Translations under genes and position numbers: made by a program
NCBI RefSeq assembly: GCF_006345805.1
Contig: NC_043007.1
Span: forward strand, 71,052,001-71,116,000
Length of the DNA stretch: 64,000 nt
Direction of reading: 5' to 3'
From: Octopus sinensis
Taxonomy: Eukaryota
Shown: piece by piece, positions 52,964 to 64,000 of the stretch
Layout of the letters: every line of letters begins with the position of its first letter
Numbering within the stretch: the stretch's first letter is position 1
Notes under the pieces: model-generated
What the model was told of the DNA's origin: nothing
Database searches by the model: none
The model's input: the letters and a program-made list of their open reading frames with translations, nothing else

Positions 52964-54137
52964 TTGTGTGTGTATATGTAATAAAAGTGAAATGCTATTT
53001 CAAGTGCTGTTCATGAGAAAAATATACAATGTACCTATTTGGAATTGAAAGAAAAATTTTCAAAGCATATGCACAAAGTGAAAAATGTGCATGTTAGGCC
53101 ACAAGTAAAAGTATTAGAATTGAATTTGGATATGAACAAATCGATATAACAAAACAGATCTTCTGGAAATCTTTGTTACACAGGTATTGTGATAGGAGAA
53201 TGAAGCTGCAGGATAAGGATGGCAGTAGAAGGGATTAAATATGAACTGATTCAATGCCATCTCTCTTTACATTGGCAGCATGGTAGAGTGAATGGGAAAG
53301 AGACTGAGAAAGATGAGAACGTATTGAAAAACAGGTGGGTGAAAACAGATAAAGAATTAGCAGAAACAATGGATGAGAGATCCAAATTGCAGATATATTG
53401 AACATCTCAAGTCTCAATCACTTTCCTCTCTAGCACCGTGTGTCACTTATCATTGCATTTTATTGTTATTTCCTTGGTAAAGTCCACCATCTTTGTGACC
53501 AGTGTTCACTTTGTCTCATGTCTTCTAAAGTCTCCTTCTATAGCAGGCTTCATTCACTTTCCACTTTATATGGCTGTTATCCTCCATATCAGTGCAGGCT
53601 TCGCTTTTGCACACTACATCTCATACCCCTTATATCCATTTATTCTCTCAACTCATTTGTACTTCATTGTTCCTATACAGTAGCATTAATATCTAATAAA
53701 GTATATGCCCTTTATTCCTTTCTAGTCTTTGCAAATCCTTATATAAGTCAACATTTTGCTACCATGCAGCACTGCAGTTCATACATAAACATCATACACT
53801 CTGCTCCCTTGCTTTCTGAAAGAAATCCTTTGTTGCTAGCAGAAGTAAAAATTCCTTGAATTTTTCTCCACTTCACTGTTATCTACTTAGTATCCTTTCC
53901 ACACACCCTACTCTTTTGCTAAATGGGTCACTTAGGTAAGCAAGAGTTTGAAGGATTGCATTTTTCATGCATTCTCATTCTGAACTTCGGTGTATCTCCC
54001 ACGAAGTCAGCTTTGTTTGAAACCTGACTGATCCCTCTACAGTTCTTGTACATACAAAGTTTACTGCAAGTACACTACACGAAATTCCTATCTACTCATT
54101 TATTAATACAAGCATCATGCTGGTACTGCCTCATATC

Positions 54138-54364
54138 GGCGAGCTGGCAGAAACGTTAGCACGCCGGGCGAAATGCGCAGTCGTATTTCGTCTGCCGTTA
54201 TGTTCTGGGTTCAAATTCCGCCGAGGTCGACTTTGCCTTTCATCCTTTCGGGGTCGATAAATTAAGTACCAGTTACGCACTGGGGTCGATGCAATCGATT
54301 TAATTCGTTTGTCTGTCCTTGTTTGTCCCCTCTGTGTTTAGCCCCTTGTGGGTAGTAAAGAAAT
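54138..54364 (+). mobile_element. SINE family A, young full-length copy
   Basis: CpG-intact copy followed by (TA)n. Confidence 0.9.
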
Positions 54365-54372
54365 ATATATAT

Positions 54373-54417
<45 letters not shown>

Positions 54418-54894
54418 GAAATTGGAGAACGACCAGCTGATCATTCTCCCATTTCATAGTTGGCTTTGACAGATTTTAGCCACATCCCTGCTATATTCTT
54501 GGGATATTCTTTTGTTTGTAAAATTATTTCTCATCTGATGATTACAGTCCATTGTAATGGAGTGATGTTCTCATTTTTCTATTATATAAGAAACAGCTGT
54601 AATGAGCTGACAATTATCTAGTGTATGTTATTATTCATTTGATGATAATAATAATAATAATGATGATAATAATAATAATAATAATAATAATAATTATATA
54701 TATATATATATTTACTAACAATGGTACCTGATAGTGCCTGGGTATTGTATCAAAGAGGTTTATTTATTGCACCATGTTTTGTTGGTTCATATAGACATAG
54801 ATATACATAGAAGATGGTTGTACATAGTTCTAGAATGATATAGTGGGGCCCGTACAAGCATATACACATAGATAAGTCAATAAGGTGTTGTTTG

Positions 54895-55330
54895 GATATG
54901 TTGGCCTCCTGCTTTGTCTACTCTTCATTCTTCCAATCACTTCCTTAGCTTGTTCCTCAGTTCTCTCTTCTGTCATTCTTACAACTGGATTACTTTCTTC
55001 ATTGCCAGCCCATTTATTCTTTACATTCAAGCACCTATGCATCTCTTCTACCATCTCTTAATTCTATCTCAATCCACAACATTTTGTCCCATTTTATTCT
55101 TCAAGCAGTTTACCCCTCTCGAATCGCATCTTTCTTTTCTTAACTGCTTTACAATCTTGAGCCCTTCTCTCTGGTTCTTTGAATCCATATGTTTTCCAAA
55201 TATTTTTCTATGTCTTTGCAGCCTTCTTCACTGACTTGTGACTCTCAGGTACTTCCTCTTCTCTTTTCACATGTTTCACCTGCTGCCTTTCTCTAAACCT
55301 CTTCCTCTTTTCATTAGTCCTCTTTCTAAA
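54895..55330 (-). pseudogene. Decayed RTE-like LINE ORF2 (EN-RT linker)
   Basis: Fragments GVNCLKNKMG, RIKRW, LNVKNKW and EQAKEVIGRMKSRQ resemble C.KD..G...I..RW.EY...LLN.EN.W...EV..AI.RMK.GKA. Confidence 0.55.
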
Positions 55331-55569
55331 TCAATCCAAGAGTTTTTGTGACCTTCTCCATTCACACACATCACTAGCAGCTCCTGATAAACCTTCACCC
55401 TTGCCATTATCGTATATAATGCTTTGTCCACAGAAGTTTCTGAAGCACTCCATATGTTGTTACTAGAAGGGATTTTACCACAAATTAAAATTGGAAAATT
55501 TTTTCGACAATCAGATACTGAAAGTTTCAACGCACTGAAGCCAATAAATTTTTGAAATAAATAAATAAG

Positions 55570-55624
<55 letters not shown>

Positions 55625-56699
55625 AATAAATAAAATAAAAACAAATCTGAAGAATTGTATGCTTTGCATCTTATGGGGCATTTACTTACTCATCTTGGTT
55701 ATTTAGGACAGACAAGTTATATTTTAACATTCTCTGTTATTGTTGATCCCACTTATGAATATTCCACTTTCACTCACTTTTACCAATAAATTAGCAAGAT
55801 AAGTGTGTATTAACAGACCTCTCTTCAACCTATAATCTAGCTTTCACTCCTCTGCCATGGACTTTTACAAAATCACAATACAACCCAATTCCAATGAAAT
55901 ATGGAAGTAGATCAAGCTACTTTCATTTGAACTTTCTGGCATATTTTCCCATTCCTTCCATTCTTATCATTAGTATCTCATTTGCTTTGAGTGGCCATAA
56001 GAACCTCTGCAAAAAACCATGTTGCTTAAAGCATGTTTTTAATTTTTTGGTAGTTGCCATTGTCAGTTGGATTTTCTCTTGTTTGTAGTTTTTCTCTTAA
56101 AACTAAAAATCCCTTTTAGTATTATTTAAGGGCACCGTATAGATATACCAAAGGCTATTAACCTGCTCCCTAATCATTGTTATCTGCCACTCTCTTATTT
56201 CAAATGGAATTCCTTAACCTTCCCTGTGTGAGTAATTGGTTTGATATGGAGTCTTCTTTGCTGAAATGGCACATCCATTAAGGTTAGAAGAATCAGGGCT
56301 TCTGATCTTGTTCCCACTTCATTGGCTGCAGTAGAGGCCATACTAGACGTTTTTCTTCCATACTTCATCATTCCATGTGAGATGCTTTCTGCACCTTTCA
56401 ATATCAACACAAAGGTCACCATGAACTGGAGTGGGGAAAATTTTACACCTTAGATTTAGGCATATCAACTCCTGGCTGTTCAGTTTGTTGTGAATTAATT
56501 TCATAGTAAAATTACATGAGTATAGAATCTTGTTACTGCACAAGTAGTTCTTTCATATACACTAGAAAAAAGGGAAAGCTGTTGTCTGATACATATAGGG
56601 ACAAGGTCCATATGTATTTGGCAAATGAAGCCAAACAAGCTAAACACATTCCTTCCCTTGTCGTTAAAGTTGAAATGAATGATGCTCCAAATCATTTGG

Positions 56700-57330
56700 A
56701 CATGGCCAAGGAAGCCCTAATAATCACAAAACTGATATATCTAAGAGTTCATCCAGAGCTAAGAACCATGATATCTGTCTTCCAAGCATTCTATAAAATA
56801 CTACTACATTGAGTAGTGAGAAAGTTCAGAACTGGTTCACTGAGGTTGTCATTTCCTTAAATACCAGCAACTCCTCTGCTAAGCACCAGTCCTACATTGG
56901 TACCTTTGTCTCTAGATGTTAAATCTAATATTGCTAAGAATTGTCTAACCTTATCTGATAAACATTTTCCTAATAACCACAGATACAGTAATATTATTTA
57001 ATAGAAACAGTCTTAAACTTAGTTACAGTTACACTCATATATGAAGAAGTGATTAACATAAACTAGATTTACTGAGTTTAACTGCACAAGCAGAAACACT
57101 ACAGCATTCACTGTAAATCAAATGTGTCATGCTAACGCAGTCATATATAAAGTGGAAGTCACCTCTACCAGGTTAAATTGGGGTATTGTATGGAAACACT
57201 ATTTATGTTTGTTGAAAACTAAACTTAAAGAATGGTATTTTAATCATATTTTTCCTTTCATACATATAGAGAGGAATATAACACTACTGTCCAGTTGTGC
57301 CTTCAAATTTCAATGAATATTCTACCCATT
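56700..57330 (+). pseudogene. Second decayed Penelope-like element
   Basis: SLDVKSNIAKNCLTLSDKHFPNNH...NRNSLKLSYS and AVIYKVEVT...WYFNH match the PLE motifs NVKTNIGK.FL.LIDKHF...FNR...KLSYSC and VIYKA.V...R..NH. Confidence 0.7.
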
Positions 57331-57639
57331 TCAAGTTGAAGTGAAAGATCCTTTAGACTAGTAGATCGTATTAAGAACAGAACATATTCATCTGATAAAA
57401 GCCTTATTCTCAAGAAAAAAGCATTTTTTTCATAATTCTACTACCTAATTGCTAAGTCAGAGATATTTACTAAATGTCACCAATTCAGTGGGTATCAACT
57501 GAGAAACTGGAATTTAATTCTATTGCCAAAATGAATGTATCTACACTTAACATTCAGTTACTCTTCATAGATGGGAAATGATACTTTGAAATCATAGCAA
57601 CCAAGAGAAGAGCAGTGTAGAAAAGGTGCAGTGAGTTAT

Positions 57640-57925
57640 TAGAAAATGATTCTTTCTACAAGTGATGATTAGATTGTATGATGGTTGTGTATGAAGTGCA
57701 ATATTGCAGGAATGTAGGCATGCAAAAGATAAGTTAAGGCTGGAGAGAAAAAAATCAAGCTTACTTCATAAGATATGTAATATTACCGTGCATATATAAT
57801 GTGCTACAAAGAAGCTGAGAGAAAAACTGGATGAGAGGAATTTGTTGTAATATGCAAGAGAGATCAATGAAATGGTATAAATATGTAATGGACAGAAATA
57901 TTGACAGCTTGATGAAGAGGAAGAC
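57640..57925 (+). pseudogene. Decayed RTE LINE, RT C-terminal region
   Basis: RLYDGCV, LREKL and QERSMKWYKYVMDR resemble GRLY.ACV...LREKL...QERRLRWYGHV. Confidence 0.6.
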
Positions 57926-58416
57926 TACATAAATCATGTTTAATCCAGGTAAGTATAGAAGAGGAGATATAAAACTGATAGTGTTATAAGTACATGTGTG
58001 TGTGTACGTATTTACACATATATACACGTGAATGTATGTGTGTGTGTGTGTATTGCAGTCAATCCCTTGTTAAGAATTCTGCAAGTATGCTTTACACTTA
58101 CATAAGGTGATGAATTGCAACAGTCATTGAATTGTTTGGCACCGAAACTCAGAATCCTGAAATTGTTACGTAATATATTATATGTATATCAACTTAATAC
58201 ACAACCGAAAGAGCTACTGATAGTTTTATGACTTTATGATACTTTAACAAAAATTCCGCTATGTGTCTCAAGCTTGGAGATACATAGCGTAATTTATAAA
58301 TATGCCTAATTAAAATATCATGAAACCATGAAACTATTGGCAGCTCTTTTGGTTGTATATTAAATTAATATTTATGTCTCACTGGTGGGGAACATTTTGT
58401 TGATTTTACCTATATT

Positions 58417-58466
<50 letters not shown>

Positions 58467-58499
58467 CTGTCTGTCTGTCTGTCTGTACACACACATATG

Positions 58500-58550
<51 letters not shown>

Positions 58551-60386
58551 TTCATACATACATGTATGTTTGTATATACATATATATGTGTATACACACA
58601 CCCACGTACAAACACACACACAACACAGCACACACACACACAACTGGCTTCTTTCAGTTTCCATGCACAAAATGCGCTCATAAGTGTTTTGTCAGCTTGG
58701 AGCAATAGGACTATAGCAGAAAACATTTGCCCAAAATGTCACACAATAGGACTGAACCAAAATCCATATGTTTCAGAAGTGAACTTCTTAACCACATGGC
58801 TATGCTTCTGTGTGTGTTTGTGAGAGATCTTGGTAGATATATGTATACATGTGTGCATGTATATAATTATACTTATTTTTCTGTATGTAATTATTTATTC
58901 ATGTGAAAATATAACTTAGCTTATATCAGAAGAAAGGGAAGTATTAACAACTACTACAGTTGGAAAATTTTCTTCTGTCTCTCTGTCAGCCTAGATTGTG
59001 GGACATAGACATATTTAAACATCATTTATCTAAGACTAGTCTCAGCTTAACTATACTATTACACACTCTGACTAGGTTGGTTACTTTGTCTGCTCATTTT
59101 ATCTGCCATAAGAATATGCTTACACCACCCACGCTATCACTGCTGGCTACTCAAAAGAATTTGTAGCTTTGTTCCTTTTGTGTTAGAAGTCTAGTAGAGA
59201 CTCTCGTTCATCTTATCTCTTGTACACAGCACACATACATACCTCTGCTCTAGCATTTCAACATTCTCACCAGACCTAGCTCTCATAGAGCTGTTATGTT
59301 TAACCCCACTGATTAACTGTTACTTATTTCTTCGACCCCAAAAGGATGAAAGTCAAAGTCAACATTGGTAGAATTCTAATTCAGAATGTAAAGATAAACG
59401 AAATGCTTAATGTCTTACATCCTAACAATTCTGCAGGTTTGCCACCTTACTATTAGTATTATTACTATTAACGTCGTAAGCTGGCAGAATCGTTAGCACT
59501 CTGGCTGAAATGTGTAGTGTCAAGGTCCAGTTTGCCTTTCATCCTTTCAGGGTCGATGAAATAAGTACTAGCTGAGCACCAAGGTCAATGTAATCAACTT
59601 TTGCCCTCATCCGATATTGCTGGCCTTGTGCCAAAATTTGAAATCACTATTATTACACATACACACACATATTCTTTGCTTTGTTTTGTACTGTCCATAA
59701 TATTTTTCTTAATGTAGACCTTTTCTTAATAAAGAAATCAATAATATAATAATAATTATTATTACTATTTCTACTCTAGCCACAAGGCCTTGAAAGTTTT
59801 TGAGGGAGTGGGGGCTCGTCGATGACATCGATCCCAGTATGTAACTAGTACTTATTTCATTGACCCTGAAAGGAAGAAAGGCAAAGTTGACCTAGGCGGA
59901 ACTTGAACTCAGAACATAAATGCCGCTAAGCTTTTTGCCAAGTGTGTTCTGCCAGCTCACTAGCTTTTAAGTAATAATAATAATAATAATAATAATAATC
60001 CTTTGTACAATAAGCACAAAGCCTGAAATTTGTGGGGAGTGGGTAAGTTGATCACATCAACCCCTTGACTGGTTCTTAATCTATTGACCCCTGAAAGGAT
60101 AAAAGGTAAAGTCGACCTCTGTGGAATTTGAATTCAGAATGTAGTGACAAGACGAAATACCACCAGGCTTTACACCCAGCATGCTAACAATTCTGTTAGC
60201 TCACTGCCTTAAAGTAATAATAAGAATAATGATAATAAGAATAATCACATTTTTTACGAATATATATGTCATTTGCCATTTGCTATTTGGTGTGAGAGGG
60301 AGATGTTAGACAAATGAGAAACAAATGAAGTATGGAACAAAAAGCCCAGGACTTAACTGAATTCTATGTGTCTTTATAAATATATA

Positions 60387-60780
60387 CATAGGAGTGGCTG
60401 TGTGGTAAGTAGCTTGCTAACCAACCACATGGTTCCAGGTTCAGTTCCACTGCGTGGCATCTTGGGCAAGTGTCTTCTGCTATAGCCCCGGGCCGACCAA
60501 TGCCTTGTGAGTGGATTTGGTAGACGGAAACTGAAAGAAACCTGTCGTATATATGTATATATATATATATGTATATGTGCGTGTGTCTGTGTTTGTCCCC
60601 CTAGCATTGCTTGACAACCGATGCTGGTGTGTTTAAATCCCCGTCACTTAGCGGTTCGGCAAAAGAGACCGAAAGAATAAGTACTGGGCTTACAAAGAAT
60701 AGGTCCCGGGGTCGATTTGCTCGACTAAAGGCAGTGCTCCAGCATGGCCGCAGTCAAATGACTGAAACAAGTAAAAGAAT
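60387..60780 (+). mobile_element. SINE family B, young full-length copy
   Basis: CpG-rich; homology to 30197-30612. Confidence 0.9.
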
Positions 60781-61326
60781 AAAGAAGAAAGAATAAAAGA
60801 ATATATCATAAAATATAATTACCGACTAAATGTGGTGCTCAGAGATTTAATATTGCTTATATATATATATATATATATAACTTACTGTTAACAAGGCAGA
60901 GGGTGGTGGTGAACCCTGCTGTACTCTTTCACCACAACTTTCTCTCGCTCTTTCTTCCTGTTTCTTTTGTACTTGTATTTCAAAGGGCCAGCCTTATCAC
61001 ACTCTGTGTCATGCTGAATATCTCTGAGAACTACTTTAAGGGTACACGTGTCTGTGGAATACTCAGCCACTTGCACATTAATAAATGAGCTGCGACATCA
61101 CTGGTGCCAAGTTGTATTGGCCTTTGCTTTTCCCTTGGATAACATCAGTGGTGTGGAGAGGGTAGGCTGGTATGCATGGGCAACTGCTGGTCTTCCATAA
61201 ACAACCGTGCCCAGACTTGTGCCTCGGAGGGTAACTTTCTAGGTGCAGTCCCATGGTCATCCATGACCGAAGGGGGTCACATCAATACTGTTAACTAAAG
61301 TCAGGATGCAAGGCATTTAGTTACTC

Positions 61327-61465
61327 AATAAATGAAAAATGCATTAAATACTACAAAATATATACAAAGGACAGACACAAAAGGACCCTATGATGAAGAA
61401 TTAGGGTCATTCTGTGTCTGTCCTATGTGTATGTTTTATAATATCTAATGCATTTTTCATTTATT
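61327..61465. repeat. Hairpin/palindromic element with 64-bp arms and an 11-nt loop
   Basis: 61327-61390 is the near reverse complement of 61402-61465. Confidence 0.9.
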
Positions 61466-62522
61466 TTATATATATATATATGGCACGTAATAAGCACCAT
61501 TCAAGCATGGGTCAATGCCAGTGTCACCTGACACTTACCTCCCATGCTGGTGGCATGTAAAGACTAGCCACTATACTCTCGGAGTGATTGGTGTTAGGAA
61601 GGACATCCAGCTGTAGAAACCTTGCCAGATCCGAATGGAGCCTGGTGCAACCTACTGGCTTGCCAGACCTCAGGTAAACTTCCTACTCATACCAGCATAG
61701 AAAATGGATATTAAAACGATGATGGTGGTGGTGATGATGATGATGATGATGACGACGACGACAATGACGATATATATAAACCCAAATTTAGTGAATGGAG
61801 TAGGTAAAATCCAGACTACATAAATTTGGACATTTATTTGCAGCTCCAGTTGTTAACCATGAACTATAAAATAACTTTTTTCTGCTTATTAAATTTTGAT
61901 ATGGAAAAATTTTACAACTTTCTACGTCAATAAACCACTGTTGTTCCTGAAAGTGTTTTTTTATACCTTCTACAGATTGCTTGAAGCTTACTAACTTTCT
62001 ACACCTTGATCCATGGACCTTAGCATTACGTATTATATATATATATATTATATATATATATATATATTATATATATATATACTCAATGTAAAAATATATG
62101 GTTAAGAACCTTGCTTTCACAAATGTGAGTTTGGGTTCAAACTCTTTGCATGCCACTTTGGGGAAGTGTCTTCTTCAGTAGCCCTGGACCAACCAAGGTC
62201 TTGCAGTCGGTAGGCAGAAACTGAAAGATTGCATTATGTATGCGCACGGACACACACACACACTCACACATCTGTGTGTATTCTTATCATTTCTTGTTCT
62301 CACATCATGTGATACTTGTGAGTGTATATCATCATCATTCAAGCAAATGTTTGTCGTAATCTTCCCTGAGAAGTGTGTCTGGCTAGGGACAAATTCTACC
62401 TTGCTTGGAACCAGATGAGAAATGTTAACCATGGCAAACATAGAATAGTGGATATTAGATGATGATGATATCCACACACAATATGTGTGCGGATATATGT
62501 ATATATATATATATATATATAC

Positions 62523-63017
62523 ACTAGCTGCCTCTACCCGATTTTATTCGGGTCTCCTTGGGTTGCCACATTTTTAAAGATGATGAGAAGTAGGTCACAA
62601 ATGGTATGAAGTTTTATTGTATAGGTGTTTGGCATTCATGGAATGGAAGGAATGAGAACATAAAGTTCACACAGTCTTTGAAAAGTCACACGGAAGGTAC
62701 TATGAGGACAATATTGGTCCATCATTTGGAAGACAAAATGCATGATTATAAAGCACAACAGCCCAAAGTGCATGCTGTTGGGCATTAGATGCCAATCGTA
62801 CCAAATTGGAGGGGTTTAGAGCCACCTTGAATCAATAAAAAATCACTCTTCTCACCATAGCAACCGCATCCTTCCAGATGGTGAGTTTTAACCTACTTAA
62901 CCCCCTGCCTCATCATGCCTTATATGCCTGTGTCAATTTTCAGCTCGATCCGACCACTAGTCTGGTCGCCAACCTCTGATGTAGCAAAATGTGCACACAA
63001 TTTTCACCTAAAGCCTC

Positions 63018-63022
<5 letters not shown>
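62523..63022 (+). mobile_element. Helentron/DINE-1-like non-autonomous rolling-circle element
   Basis: Starts ACTAG followed by hairpin ACCCGA-TTTTAT-TCGGGT (62536-62553); TTTTCAGCTCGATCCGACC near the other end; flanked by (TA)n on both sides. Classification is by resemblance. Confidence 0.5.
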
Positions 63023-63063
<41 letters not shown>

Positions 63064-63386
63064 ATGAAATTAATGGTTTCAAATTTTGGCACTTGGCAAG
63101 CAATTTTAAGTGAAGGGGTTAGTAGGGGGTTAGTTGATTTCATCAACCAATGTTTAACTGGTATTCTATTTCATTGGTGCTGGAGGGATAAAAGGCAAAG
63201 TTAACTATTACGCAATTTGAACTCGGCACATAAACAGGAAAAATACTACTAAGCATTTCAGCCATCATTCTAGTGATTCTACCTGCACACATAGATATAT
63301 ATATATATGTATATATGGCTGTGTATGATTGTGTCCTGAAGAATATATTACTCAAAGAAATTCTATTGTCTGATTTTCACACTTTA

Positions 63387-63636
63387 TTTACAATCTTATA
63401 ATAATATAATATAAGATAATATAATGAATTGAAATGATAGAATATTAAATGTCCAATCTGATTGAACTAGTACTTTCATGCATTAAACTATGCAATCTTC
63501 AGGTTCATTTAGTTCTGGTGACAGTTATGTTTTACAATTATGTTTAATGCATGAAAGTATTAGTTCAATCAGAATGAATTTTTGATATTCTATCATTTCA
63601 TCATATCTTATGTTATATTATTTATAAGATTGTAAA
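63387..63636. repeat. AT-rich foldback element
   Basis: Inner 31-bp arms (63458-63488, 63542-63572) differ by 1 nt; degenerate symmetry extends about 70 bp further on each side. Confidence 0.8.
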
Positions 63637-63668
63637 GTTGGAATTTCTTTGAGTTATATACACGCACA

Positions 63669-63711
<43 letters not shown>

Positions 63712-63799
63712 TTACACACACAGAGGCACATATATAATTAATCATAAATATAATTAAGGGTTTAGCAACAAGTTGCTTCACCACATACCGAAAAATTTA

Positions 63800-64000
63800 G
63801 AAATAGCAGCTAAAAGACAACTAATTCTTTTCACTACAAATATGACTCCGCAGACAACAATATTTGTAACTCACATAGGCAAAAATATTGTTGTCTGTGG
63901 AGTCTGTTTGATTTCATTATTTTTTTTTCTTTTTGCCTGAGTTACAAATATTGTTGTCTGTGGAGTCATATTTGTAGTGAAAAGAATTAGCTGCTATTTC
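63800..64000. repeat. Foldback element with 53-bp arms (1 mismatch)
   Basis: 63821-63873 versus 63938-63990; outer GAAATAGCAGCTA / TAGCTGCTATTTC symmetry reaches the window edge. Confidence 0.85.

Noticed and set aside
57900-57954. Strong donor CCAG|GTAAGT at 57949
   Set aside because: Upstream sequence is a decayed RTE relic and I found no acceptor with a myosin-like open frame leading to the donor.
61955-62030. Strong-looking acceptor TTTTTTTATACCTTCTACAG at 61975
   Set aside because: Two frames stop within 20 nt, the third has no credible donor, and none resembles the IQ3 continuation.

Overview
AT-rich, repeat-dense animal genomic DNA. The SINE, LINE-tail and microsatellite families look like those of Octopus (recognition by eye, not a database result). 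The window is almost entirely intronic sequence of a + strand unconventional myosin gene. Two exons (17716-17827, 35614-35720) have canonical AG/GT sites and splice in frame across a 17.8-kb intron. They encode the end of the motor/converter and the IQ neck (VFLRNSVFEPLEEQR...IQKNWRR...LQTNYR...AATLLQ), most like MyTH4-FERM class X/XXII myosins. A third coding-looking exon (about 39822/39886-40134) carries a 19-aa internal repeat with synonymous divergence and ends in the same phase as the IQ exon. It may be an alternative first exon (headless isoform) or a cassette exon. The rest is tRNA-derived SINEs (several with clear target-site duplications), an internally deleted mariner, pogo-type and piggyBac-type MITEs, a Helentron-like element, decayed RTE, R4/Dong-like and Penelope-like retroelements, a minimal hammerhead-ribozyme-like motif, and many long foldback hairpins. 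Nearly all ORFs in the supplied track are translations of microsatellites or repeats. No rRNA, genuine tRNA gene or CRISPR array is supported.
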